This document shows, one piece after another, positions 1-12,300 of a stretch of 64,000 nucleotides of DNA. The stretch's first letter is position 1. Every line of letters starts with the position of its first letter. The position numbers and the translations under genes are program-made. The notes beneath the pieces are model-generated. The model searched no databases and had not been told where the DNA came from. It saw nothing but the letters and a program-made list of their open reading frames with translations. The stretch comes from Macrostomum lignano (lineage: Eukaryota), in contig NIVC01002619.1 of assembly GCA_002269645.1 (NCBI GenBank), forward strand, positions 1 to 64,000. The letters are read 5' to 3'.

Positions 1-577
1 GACAGACAGAGACAGACATAACCCACCTCGTTATTGTAGTAACCAAATTAATTTGTTGGATTTTCTATGTTCCTAAAAAGTGAAGTAGACATGTGCTTAG
101 AATCATTTCATTAAACATTTTCTCTCTCTAAGGGTAATTAAACCGGATAAAATTTAAGCAAGTTAATAGTACTGCAAGTTAAATTTAAATCTATAGCAAA
201 TCTACAAAACTGTAGCGTCGCTTATTATAAAAAAACTTGCAAACATAATTTCTCAATTGTATATTAAAGATGTTATTTGTTTGGCCTATTTTTGCAGATG
301 TATATGCATATTCTGAGAGAGGTCTTGTTTTTACTTTTTTTGTTGCTGTAAAGACGTTACACCTCTGCAGTGTAGTTGGTATTATTGTCCATTCGCTCTC
401 TTCCATATGTGACGCTCTGATTGGAATAAAGTTATAGCCTTTTTTTCTGGAGTTTTTCATCGCAGCAAGGGGGTAACAATTGTAACTCAATTGTGACAAT
501 GAACTTCATATCCTGTTCGTAGCTGTTCTCTGCTTATTCCTCTATATTGTACTACTACGATTTCTAAAGGTTTCTCC

Positions 578-1992
578 GTATCTCCCTCTTCCCTCCTCAC
601 CCTCCGTATCACCCTCTCCCCTCCTCACCCTCCGTATCACCCTCTCCCCTCCTCACCCTTCGTATCACCCTCTCCTCTCCTAACCCTCCGTATCTCCCTC
701 TCCCCTCCTCACCCTGCGTATCACCCTCTCCCCTCCTCACCCTTCGTATCACCCTCTCCTCTCCTAACCCTCCGTATCTCCCTCTCCCCTCCTCACCCTC
801 CGTATCTCCCTCTCCCCTCGTCACCCATCCTTATCACCCTCTCCCCTCCTCACCCTGCGTATCTCCCTCTCCCCTCCTCACCCTTCGTATCACCCTCTCC
901 TCTCCTAACCCTCCGTATCTCCCTCTCCCCTCCTCACCCTGCGTATCACCCTCTCCCCTCCTCACCCTCCGTATCACCCTCTCCTCTCCTAACCCTCCGT
1001 ATCTCCCTCTCCCCTCCTCACCCTGCGTATCACCCTCTCCCCTCCTCACCCTGCGTATCACCCTCTCCCCTCCTCACCCTCCGTATCACCCTCTCCCCTC
1101 CTAACCCTCCGTATCACCCTCTCCCCTCCTCACCCTCCGTATCACCCTCTCCCCTCCTAACCCTCCGTATCACCCTCTCCCCTCCTCACCCTGCGTATCT
1201 CCCTCTCCCCTCCTCACCCTTCGTATCACCCTCTCCTCTCCTAACCCTCCGTATCACCCTCTCCCCTCCTAACCCTCCGTATCACCCTCTCCCCTCCTAA
1301 CCCTCCGTATCACCCTCTCCCCTCCTAACCCTCCGTATCACCCTCTCCCCTCCTCACCCTGCGTATCTCCCTCTCCCCTCCTCACCCTTCGTATCACCCT
1401 CTCCTCTCCTAACCCTCCGTATCACCCTCTCCCCTCCTCACCCTCCGTATCTCCCTCCCCTCCTCACCCTCCGCATCATCCTCTCCCCTCTTCACCCTCC
1501 GTATCAACCTCTCCCCTCCTCATCCTCCGTATCACCCTCTCCCCTCCTCATCCTCCGTATTACACTCTCCCCTCCTAACCCTCCGTATATCCCTCTCCCC
1601 TCCTCACCCTCCGTATCTCCCTCTCCCCTCCTCATCCTCCGTATTACACTCTCCCCTCCTAACCCTCCGTATATCCCTCTCCCCTCCTCACCCTCCGTAT
1701 CTCCCTCTCCCCTCCTAACCCTCCGTATCACCCTCTCCCCTCCTCACCCTCCGTATCTCCCTCTCCCCTCCTCACCCTCCGCATCATCCTCTCCCCTCTT
1801 CACCCTCCGTATCAACCTCTCCCCTACTCTCCCTTCGTATCTTCCTCTCCCCTCCTCACCCTCCGTATCACCCTCTCCCCTCCTCATCCTCCGTATTACA
1901 CTCTCCCCTCCTAACCCTCCGTATCACCCTCTCCCCTCCCAACCCTCCGTATCTCCCTCTCCCCTCCTCACCCTGCGTATCACCCTCTCCTG
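578..1992. repeat. 28-bp pyrimidine-rich minisatellite (CCCTCCGTATCACCCTCTCCCCTCCTCA)
   Basis: Period of 28 read directly (CCGTAT at 1081 and 1109). It explains the 28-aa periodic minus-strand ORFs. Confidence 0.95.
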
Positions 1993-2339
1993 ATACTATA
2001 TTTTGAGTATCACTAACAGATTTCAGTATCTCAGTTATGCTATTAAATCAGGCAGAAAAATTAATGCACTTAAATTGCTGCTTCAGTCGGTGTTTAAATT
2101 GTTATAAATATGCTAATTGTTCTCGTCTCTGTTGCCATGCGAAAGTCTCCGCCTAAATTTATTAAAAATATAAATTTAAAGCACTATCTTTATAGCGCAC
2201 TTAGGATACACCGCGCAAAATGTCTTCTGAATGATCGTTTTAATCGTCTCGCTTGCCTTGCTGGTCTGAATGGATTCCTTTTTTTAATCCCATGATACTA
2301 ATTACTAATATCCTTTCTAATCCCTCAATTCCAAAATCC

Positions 2340-2731
2340 ATAGTTCTGATCCCATAATCCTGGTTTCTGATTCCATAATTCTAAGATCCCCAATTATGAT
2401 CCCATAATCCCCAGCTCCCCGTTTCTGATCCCATAATCCCAAGCTCCCCGTTTCTGATCCCATAATCCCAAGCTCCCCGTTTCTGATCCCATAATCCCCA
2501 GCTCCCCGTTTCTGATCCCATAATCCCCAGCTCCCGTTTCTGATCCCATAATCCCCAGCTCCCCAATTCTGATCCTATAATCCCAAGCTCCCCAATTCTG
2601 ATTCCATTATCCCAAAATCCTCGATTTTGATCCCATAATCCCAAGCTCCTCGTTTCTGATCCCATAATCCCAACCTCCCCGTTTCTGATCCCATAATCCC
2701 AAGCTCCCCGTTTCTGATCCCATAATCCCAA
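2340..2731. repeat. 29-bp minisatellite (CTCCCCGTTTCTGATCCCATAATCCCAAG)
   Basis: About 13 tandem units visible. Confidence 0.9.
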
Positions 2732-2822
2732 ACGAATTTTATATTTTCGTCTCTGGTTTTTGTTTTATTGATGATTAGCAGATACACCTGTAGAGTGAAA
2801 AAATAGTTTTCGAGATTCAGAA

Positions 2823-4277
2823 TCACTCATTGCAGATTTGACTCAGCTGGTCAAAGTCTTCAAGACTGAGCAGCTTAGCACTCAGTCCAAAGCAGGCCAT
2901 CTCTCCATTCAGGCACTGGGCATCAACTGCGCCATAGCCCAACCTGAGGCACTGAAACACGGCCGTTGAGATATTAGCAGAGACTGTGTTAATTGTTGCT
3001 ACGGGCGCCAAAGTTCCATTGTGATAGACGCTCTGGTGAACAGTCTGGTTGAAGGTGATGCCGGCTGATAGTCCACGCGGCAGGCCATCGCTGGGCAGGA
3101 AGCTGGCAGACAAACCGAATGTGCCCTCGCCGTAGCCGCTGCTGGCCACCCAGCTGAATCCGTACACCAGGCCTGTTGACTTGATGAATGAGCTGCCCGG
3201 ATTGGTGCCGTTGCACTCTTGGAACCGGCTGTAGTACCGGGTTCTACCAGGATTTCCAGGTGGAGGCGTACGGGGACTCCGATTAGGCTGCTGCATTTGT
3301 GACTGCAAACTGGATTGCATAAAATCTGCTCACTCACCCCGTGTCCATGCCGTGATATATTTTGGTGAACACTGAATACTCCGTGCCAACCTGAAGGAAC
3401 TTCTCAAATCCAGGTGTGTTAGTGCTCAGGTAGGAGCCCGTGTTACCCTTGAAGTGAGCACCTGCTGCATCAACTGTCACATCGTGAGCCTTGAGACAGG
3501 ACAGTCTCGGGTTGACCTCATTCTTCAGACCGCTCCGAGAGAACTTGTAGAACAGCTTCAGCTTGAGCGGTTTGACCAGGGGCTCAGTAGACTCTGCAGT
3601 GAATTAAAAAACAATTGATTACAATGGGCAGATGTACAAACGACAGCTCAGCCGCAGCTATTGCGCAGCGCATCTGAAGACTGTGTACGGCTGTTCAGTC
3701 CAAGGACTGGGGGGAAGGTCGCCACACACACCCTCAATTACCCCAGCTAATGCAGGCACCCATTTTACAGCTGGGTGAACTGAAGCAATGCAGAGTTAAG
3801 TGTCTTGCTCAAGAACACAAGTTGTTCTAGTGGGATCGGGAATTATAGTAAATTTTCCTACAAACTAAATGATAGACTAAGAACGAAGTGGTCCTTGTAT
3901 AGAATTGTCAAGACAGCAGCCGCTGAGCCGCTCACCGCAGTCTCCGCACAGCACATCGGTGTACTTGTAAGAGTCGCAGTCGCCGTCAGTCCATTGCTCG
4001 AGTTGGGAACACGCGTCTCCATGGTAACACAGGCGGGTGGCGATGTCGAAGTGGAATGCGTTGCAGGTGGGCAGTCGGAGCAGGCGGCGGCGCACTGCAG
4101 CTTGCTGGCCAGGCGGTGCGGCAGCGGAGAGGCGGCCGCGGTGGGGCAGCGTCGGGTCTTTGTCGCGGCGAATTTCGGCAGCACCTTGGTTTCAGCTTCC
4201 CAGTCAGTGTTGCAAGCCAAGATGTTCAACAGTGTGGCAAGAATCCACCATCTTAATATAAGTGTCGCTAGTTTCAT
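2823..4277 (-). CDS. Secreted PAN/Apple-domain + LamG/concanavalin-like jelly-roll protein (about 339 aa if a 1-nt frameshift near 4077-4081 is corrected)
   Basis: Exons are 4277-3936, 3593-3338 and probably 3243-2823 (exon 3 acceptor uncertain). Signal peptide MKLATLILRWWILATLLNILAC. PAN-like SKLQCAAAC/RLPTCNAFHFDIATRLCYHG spans the frameshift. Exon 2 reads LKLFYKF...AHFKGNTGSYLS...YSVFTKI. Exon 3 ends VYHNG...LRLGYG...LNGEMACFGLSAKLLSLEDFDQL, matching a LamG_3-type C-terminus. Phase 1 and phase 2 junctions fit only the post-frameshift frame. Confidence 0.7.
3722..3838 (-). mobile_element. 5'-truncated CORE-SINE copy in intron 1 of the PAN-LamG gene
   Basis: Near-identical to 55627-55745. 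The minus strand reads TTCTTGAGCAAGACACTTAACTC...TTCAGTTCACCCAGCTGTAAAATGGG, which resembles the MIR/CORE domain. Confidence 0.75.
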
Positions 4278-5301
4278 ATGTTCTGTGTCGAATCTGAAGT
4301 CTTGGCTTTGAATGGAGCTTTAGACCGCTGAAGATGCAGGCTTCAATCAATTCGAAAGATGAAATTTATATATCAACTTGGAACACAATGCAGAGTATTT
4401 AATTTAATTATATTGGCGGCAGTGTGTTGTTGGCTTTTGAAAGCTTAACTTGAAAGCTTTTGGCAGGTGACAACTTCAATTGTCTTTAATTTATTTGACA
4501 TGACTGAAAAAGGTAACAATGCTGCCTTTCATCTGTCAAGTGCCACACGTCATAACTAATTAAGGTTTTGGGTTCTTGCTTTTATATCGCAAAAACGTAT
4601 CGTGCCTCTTCCGTCGAAAAGCTGTCATTTTTCGGAATGGAAAACAATTAATTTCTATAAATTAAAAATCAAGAACGACGCTATGCAGTACTTAGTAGCC
4701 TATATATAAAACATGCATTAGTCTTTTTTACTGTCACGACTTCGGATTCTGTAAAACTAAAGGCAAAAGATCGCTGTACGTAATAAAAGAAAGTGCAGTA
4801 GCGTGATCATAACTAAACAGTCCCAGTTTATTATAAATTAATTATACATGTACATCTGAGCTCGCAATCTATTTTCACATGTACATGTATAGCAGAACTA
4901 CAGGTTGTTGGAGGTTGGCTCTCACGAGTTCCAAATGGATGTCGACAATTCCCAAAAGTCTCAAATTAGCGATGGTCGCTCACGATCATCGAACTGAGGT
5001 ACATGTACATTGTATACATGTACATGCACATGCAGGTACTTTAGAGCCAGGCTCGGACGCGTTCCCACCCTATAGCGTCCGACTAATTACATGTAATACA
5101 AAACCAAACTCTCGTTGATTGTCGTGCATTCTTTGCTTAGAATAAACAATTAGATTCATCAGTACGCAGTAGTGTTTGAAGTGCCATTTCTGGTAGTAGA
5201 TTATTTAGTAATTAGGCTCAAGCTAATTAATTAGTTTTCAACTGTCAGCAACAACCCCGAGGTTTTATGATAACATATTGATTTGTGATTTTGATAAGCA
5301 T

Positions 5302-5590
5302 TCAGGCTTGGTCGCAGAGCTTCTGCAGCTATTGAAACTCGCTCAGGCTAAAGGGCTTTCGCGCTGAATCCATAGCATACATGTAGCATGTCGCCTTCCA
5401 GACATGAGCCAGCATTGGAATTGAATGCGCGAGATTTAAGCATCCGAAAAGGACCGTAGTGTAAGAATACATTTTTGGACTCAGATCTACAAAGTCTACA
5501 GAGTCCAAGGGTGCCGTACCGTCAGGCGTAAACTGGCTGATTGGATGGCGAATGCGACTCAAGACGGTAAGGTGAAGCTGGTGAATCACC
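5302..5590 (-). pseudogene. Decayed paralog of the LamG-like terminal exon
   Basis: Joining frames gives TTVLFGCLNLAHSIP/NAGSCLEGDMLHVCYGFSAKAL/SLSEFQ*LQKLCDQA*, versus STAVFQCLRLGYGAVDAQCLNGEMACFGLSAKLLSLEDFDQLSQICNE* at 2823-2970. It has two frameshifts and an internal stop. Confidence 0.6.
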
Positions 5591-6474
5591 GTTCATCTAC
5601 GAGGTTTCTATATTGACTGTCGCAGATCGCTCCTACCAACACCGAAGGAACACGTTTAATCGCATGTAATCCCAATTTTACCAACGGATTTCCTTCTAAG
5701 ACAGCTGTCAGATTCTCAAAAAAAACAATGCAATTATGCAGACAAACGGAGCTTAAAGGCTGTCACAATGTCTCAATACAGCAGTCTACATAGGAAGTTG
5801 ATCAATGAAGGAAGCCAGATGTCCTCCCGAGCTACCAACCAATTCAAAGTATGACTCTTTAGCACCCGTTATTGACAACAGCACAATGAGCCATGAGCAA
5901 CATTTTAATGTCTCAGAGACAGCACCTTCTCGATACATATCGTGCAACGTATTTTATTCAATATCTATCGTCACTTTGAAATAAATTAAAGCAAAATTTA
6001 ATGCACAATTAATTTAATAATTTCAAATTGAAAACACAAAATTATATTGTAATAAAAGAAACTCTTATTTATTAAAAACAACAACAGCCTACTATCAGTA
6101 GGAAGCAAAATAAATTAGTATCGCTTGATAAAACGTTTGCGAATGCAAAAATCTATTCTCAGATTAATAGAGTTTGTTGACTCAAAACCGTTAAAATAGT
6201 TTGTAAGTAAAAACAACAGAGTAAAAAAACTACGAGTATGCTAAGGGGGCCTACGAGAAAAAAGTTTGTTAAAACGGAGCAAATATCATGGCTTAGAAAA
6301 TTTGAAATGTGCTGCAGTGGCGAGAAAGCAGATCACTGCAAACACTTAGAAAAAATATCAAGTTTCTTTGGAATTCACTGCTAACAGTAAGTGAAAATCA
6401 ACGACACAATTTTAATTAGGAATGCGCCTTGATGATCTATCGCTGCTTGCTGTTGGTGTAGTTGGGAATCTAAA

Positions 6475-8082
6475 GGCTGGCCCAGCAATTGAGCATCTGG
6501 GAGGCTGGTGGCCCAGCAACTGAGGATTTGGGAGGCTGGTGGCCCAGCAACTGAGGATCTGGGAGGCTGGCCCAGCAACTGAGGATCTGGGAGGCTGGTG
6601 ACCCAGCAACTGAGGATCTGGGAGGCTGGTGACCCAGCAACTGAGGATCTGGGAGGCTGGCCCAGCAACTGAGGATTTGGGAGGCTGGTGGCCCAGCAAC
6701 TGAGGATTTGGGAGGCTGGCCCAGCAACTGAGGATTTGGGAGGCTGGTGGCCCAGCAACTGAGGATTTGGGAGGCTGGTGGCCCAGCAACTGAGGATCTG
6801 GGAGGCTGGTGGCCCAGCAACTGAGGATCTGGGAGGCTGGCCCAGCAACTGAGGATCTGGGAGGCTGGTGACCCAGCAACTGAGGATCTGGGAGGCTGGC
6901 CCAGCAACTGAGGATTTGGGAGGCTGGCCCAGCAACTGAGGATTTGGGAGGCTGGTGGCCCAGCAACTGAGGATCTGGGAGGCTGGTGGCCCAGCAACTG
7001 AGGATCTGGGAGGCTGGTGGCCCAGCAACTGAGGATCTGGGAGGCTGGTGGCCCAGCAACTGAGGATCTGGGAGGCTGGTGGCCCAGCAACTGAGGATCT
7101 GGGAGGCTGGTGGCCCAGCAACTGAGGATCTGGGAGGCTGGCCCAGCAACTGAGGATCTGGGAGGCTGGTGACCCAGCAACTGAGGATTTGGGAGGCTGG
7201 CCCAGCAACTGAGGATTTGGGAGGCTGGTGGCCCAGCAACTGAGGATCTGGGAGGCTGGTGGCCCAGCAACTGAGGATCTGGGAGGCTGGCCCAGCAACT
7301 GAGGATCTGGGAGGCTGGCCCAGCAACTGAGGATCTGGGAGGCTGGTGACCCAGCAACTGAGGATCTGGGAGGCTGGTGACCCAGCAACTGAGGATCTGG
7401 GAGGCTGGCCCAGCAACTGAGGATCTGGGAGGCTGGTGACCCAGCAACTGAGGATCTGGGAGGCTGACCCAGCAGCTGAGGATCTGGGAGGCTGGTGACC
7501 CAGCAACTGAGGATCTGGGAGGCTGGTGACCCAGCAACTGAGGATCTGGGAGGCTGGTGACCCAGCAACTGAGGATCTGGGAGGCTGGTGACCCAGCAAC
7601 TGAGGATCTGGGAGGCTGGTGACCCAGCAACTGAGGATCTGGGAGGCTGGCCCAGCAACTGAGGATCTGGGAGGCTGGTGGCCCAGCAACTGAGGATCTG
7701 GGAGGCTGGCCCAGCAACTGAGGATCTGGGAGGCTGGTGACCCAGCAACTGAGGATCTGGGAGGCTGGTGACCCAGCAACTGAGGATCTGGGAGGCTGGT
7801 GACCCAGCAACTGAGGATCTGGGAGGCTGGTCCAGCAACTGAGGATCTGGGAGGCTGGTGGCCCAGCAACTGAGGATCTGGGAGGCTGGCCCAGCAACTG
7901 AGGATCTGGGAGGCTGGTGACCCAGCAACTGAGGATCTGGGAGGCTGGTGACCCAGCAACTGAGGATCTGGGAGGCTGGCCCAGCAACTGAGGATCTGGG
8001 AGGCTGGTGACCCAGCAACTGAGGATCTGGGAGGCTGGCCCAGCAACTGAGGATCTGGGAGGCTGGTGACCCAGCAACTGAG
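6475..8082. repeat. 28/31-bp GC-rich minisatellite (CCCAGCAACTGAGGATCTGGGAGGCTGG[TGR])
   Basis: Over 50 units. It is the source of the three 540-575 aa periodic ORFs. Confidence 0.97.
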
Positions 8083-8616
8083 ACCCCCACAGAATGAATA
8101 CCAAGCAAAGGCTTAACAATTAAACCAATATTATCGTCAGTATCAAATTTCCATACTACACAAAAACTATATAATGGCGCTGGACAACAGACAACGAAAA
8201 TTATTACTAAATAATGATTTCAACAGACAAATCCATTTAATGAATCATTTTTGATAAACAGGGATATTCAAGATCAACAGGGCTCCAAATATATAGGCAG
8301 ACAGAAACGAAAATAAGAAAAAAAGAGGAAAAATGATTTTAGATACCGCTAGGCATGATGGCTTGAGTAAAACAAAAATAATATAAACTGTTCATTGTAT
8401 CCATGTCAACAAAAAACGCAATCAAGAGAGTGACCAGTGCCAGCAATATGTATGGCGACTGGAAATGCTTTCTTTGTTGAAAAAAAGTATAAGCAATCAC
8501 ACAAGCTGGATTTGGTTTTAGATGCGATTTTAGTACATTTATCTTTTCCGACAGCTCTACTAACAGTAGTGATTCAGACGGTGAGAAAATCTATTTTTTT
8601 TAAGAATTTAAAGGCC

Positions 8617-9190
8617 ACGACCCTGAGAAATCTGAGGTCACGAACATAAGAAATCTGAGTTTACGACCCTAAGAAGTCTGAGGTCACGACCCTGAGAAAT
8701 CTAAGGTCATGACCCTGAGAAATCTGAGGTCATGACCCTAAGAAATCTGAGGTCACGACCCAGAGAAATCTGAGGTCACGACCCTAAAAAATCTGAGGTC
8801 ACGACCCTGAGAAATCTAAGGTCACGATCCTAAGAAATCTGAGGTCACGACCCAGAGAAATCTGAGGTCACGACCCTAAAAAATCTGAGGTCACGACCCT
8901 GAGAAATATAAGGTCACGATCCTAAGAAATCTGAGGTCACGACCCAGAGAAATCTGAGGTCACGACCCAGAGAAATCTGAGGTCACGAACATAAGAAATC
9001 TGAGTTTACGACCCTAAGAAATCTAAGGTCACGACCCTAAGAAATCTAAGGTCACGAGCCTAAGAAATCTCTGAGTTCACGACCCTAATAATCTGAGGTC
9101 ATTGCCCGAAGAAAGCTGAGGTCACAACCTCAAAGAGCTGCGGTAACGACCGTAAAATCCAAGGTCATTACCGAAAATCTGGGGTCACGG
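8617..9190. repeat. 23-bp minisatellite (GAAATCTGAGGTCACGACCCTAA) downstream of the TTC39 stop
   Basis: Period of 23 (TGAGGTC at 8771 and 8794), degenerating rightwards. Confidence 0.9.
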
Positions 9191-9370
9191 CCTTAAAAAC
9201 ATAAAGAATTAGAGCATAAATAAGAATTAACATCTGAGATGGCGATCTCAAAAATCGGTAAAAAGAGACAATCTGACAAATCCGAGATGCATGATCCTCA
9301 AGTTAAAATGCCCCGGCCGTAAAAAAATCAATTCGATCGCGGTTACTCTGAGGCTTAAAAACACAGGCAG

Positions 9371-12300
9371 CTACTTAGCGGCCGAGGCGGTCTCAGCCAT
9401 AGACAGCGCCAGGGCGTGCGCCCGGAAGTGAATTCGAGATTCCAAGCTGATCCCGCGGCAAGACAGACAGGCATCAATGCAGGCGGAGGCCTCCGGCCGG
9501 CGGCCCTCGTCCAGGCGCAGGTGGGCCAGCTCCAGCCAGGCCCAGGCGATCACGTGACGATCTTGCCGGATACGGCGGGCAAGGCGATCGTCGACGATTT
9601 CCTGATGGATGGTTGGGCAATTAACAAGGTGACCAGCGGGTTAACTGGCTGTTTTCTCTTTACCTGCTAACATGCAGGACAAGTCATTCATATCATTATC
9701 CACACCTGTCAATCATAACCCTAGCCCTACACCTGTCAGTCATAACCCTAGCCCTACACCTGTGAGTCATAACCCTAACCCTACATCTGTCAATCATAAC
9801 CCTAACCCTACATCTGTCAATCATAACCCTAACCCTACATCTGTCAATCATAACCCTAACCCTACATCTGTCAATCATAACCCTAACCCTACATCTGTCA
9901 ATCATAACCCTAACCCTACACCTGTCAGTCATAACCCTAACCCTACACCTGTCAATCATAACCCTAACCCTACACCTGTCAATCATTACCCTAACCCTAC
10001 ACCTCTCAATCTTAACCCTAGCCCTACACCTGTCAATCATTACCCTAACCCTACACCTGTCAATCATAACCATTACCCTACACCTGTCAATCATTACCCT
10101 AACCCTACACCTGTCAATCATAACCCTAACCTTACACGTGTCAATCATAACCCTAACCCTACATCTGTCAATCATAACTCTAACCCTACACCTGTCAATC
10201 ATAACCCTAACCCTACATCTGTCAATCATAACCCTAACCCTACACCTGTCAATCATAACCCTAACCCTACACCTGTCAATCATAACCCTAACCCTACACC
10301 TGTCAATCATAACCCTAACCCTACATCTGTCAATCATAACCCTAACCCTACATCTGTCAATCATAACTCTAACCCTACACCTGTCAATCATAACCCTAAC
10401 CCTACATCTGTCAATCATAACTCTAACCCTACACCTGTCAATCATAACCCTAACCCTACATCTGTCAATCATAACCCTAACCCTACACCTGTCAATCATA
10501 ACCCTAACCCTACACCTGTCAATCATAACCCTAACCCTACATCTGTCAATCATAACCCTAACCCTACACCTGTCAATCATAACCCTAACCCTACACCTGT
10601 CAATCATAACCATAACCCTACACCTGTCAATCATAACCATAACCCTACACCTGTCAATCATAACCCTAACCCTACACCTGTCAATCATAACCCTAACCCT
10701 ACATCTGTCAATCATAACCCTAACCCTACATCTGTCAATCATAACCCTAACCCTACACCTGTCAATCATAACCCTAACCCTACATCTGTCAATCATAACC
10801 CTAACCCTACACCTGTAAATCATAACCCTAACCCTACACCTGTCAATCATAACCATAACCCTACACCTGTCAATCATAACCATAACCCTACACCTGTCAA
10901 TCATAACCATAACCCTACACCTGTCAATCATAACCCTAACCCTACACCTGTCAATCATAACCCTAACCCTACATCTGTCAATCATAACCCTAACCCTACA
11001 TCTGTCAATCATAACCCTAACCCTACACCTGTCAATCATAACCCTAACCCTACATCTGTCAATCATAACCCTAACCCTACACCTGTCAATCATAACCCTA
11101 ACCCTACACCTGTCAATCATAACCATAACCCTACACCTGTCAATCATAACCATAACCCTACACCTGTCAATCATAACCATAACCCTACACCTGTCAATCA
11201 TAACCCTAACCCTACACCTGTCAATTATACGCGAAATCCTACAAGAGTCAACCATAAACATAACTTTAAAATTACCCGCACTTGTCAATCAATCACACTC
11301 AACATAAATTGAAGCTGTACAACCTACACACCTGAAAGCACTTGTCGGCAGCCTCAGTCTGATTCAACTGTTTCAAACAGGCGCCTCGAAGCAGCAGAAT
11401 CAGAGCGGCGTCATCGTCAGGATAGGGCCAGCTGCCACCAGCCTGCGCAGAGTCGCCCTGACCTGAGGTGACCCGGCCTCTGTCCAGCTGGTCGGAGGCC
11501 AAATCAACGGCCGCTAAAAACGAACGAACCACGTCGGGGCCTTCGCAACCAACTAAAGGGAAGCCGTTCCACACGTAGACCACCTCCAGGCCCGGCAGGG
11601 TGAGCCGGCCGCCCTGTTCGGCGAATCGGCGAGCCCGGCGCATGGCGAACTTTTCTATTGGCAAACTCTTGCCAGCGATGCGCTTGTATAGGCGGGGCAC
11701 CTGAGCGGTGGTGGGGGTGAGTGACTGGTGTCAGTTGCGATTGACAGGCAATGAGTATTGATGACAATGTATAATGAATGACAGTTTTAGGATTATGATT
11801 GGCAGGTGTAGCGAGTGACTGGAATATTTGATTATGATTGACAGGTGTGGGGAATGGCATGCATACAGTAGGATCCTATTGATTGACAGGTGTGGGGAAT
11901 GGCATGCTGAGAATCATAATGATTGACAGGTGTGGGGAATGGCATGCTGAGGATCCTATTGATTGACAGGTGTGGGGAATGGCATGCTGAGGATCCTATT
12001 GATTGACAGGTGTGGGGAATGGCATGCTGAGGATCCTATTGATTGACAGGTGTGGGGAATGGCATGCTGAGGATCCTATTGATTGACAGGTGTGGGGAAT
12101 GGCATGCTGAGGATCCTATTGATTGACAGGTGTGGGGAATGGCATGCTGAGGATCCTATTGATTGACAGGTGTGGGGAATGGCATGCTGAGGATCCTATT
12201 GATTGACAGGTGTGGGGAATGGCATGCTGAGGATCCTATTGATTGACAGGTGTGGAGAATGGCATGCTGAGAATCATAATGACTAACAGGTGTGGCGAAT

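Noticed and set aside
3303-3337. 35-nt intron (acceptor TTTGCAG at about 3303) in the LamG gene
   Set aside because: It puts exon 3 in the frame lacking the LamG motif. A phase-2 acceptor (3244, or about 3310) is required.
4325-4360. CTGAAGA...CGAAA hammerhead-ribozyme-like core
   Set aside because: No stem II pairing or flanking stems can be formed.
6381-8119. Three 544-575 aa ORFs
   Set aside because: Pure translations of the 28/31-bp array in all three frames, with no unique domain.
9672-11312. 546-aa NHNPNPT-repeat ORF (mucin- or circumsporozoite-like) and its antisense ORF
   Set aside because: Lies inside TTC39 intron 7 and is open only because the unit is 27 bp.
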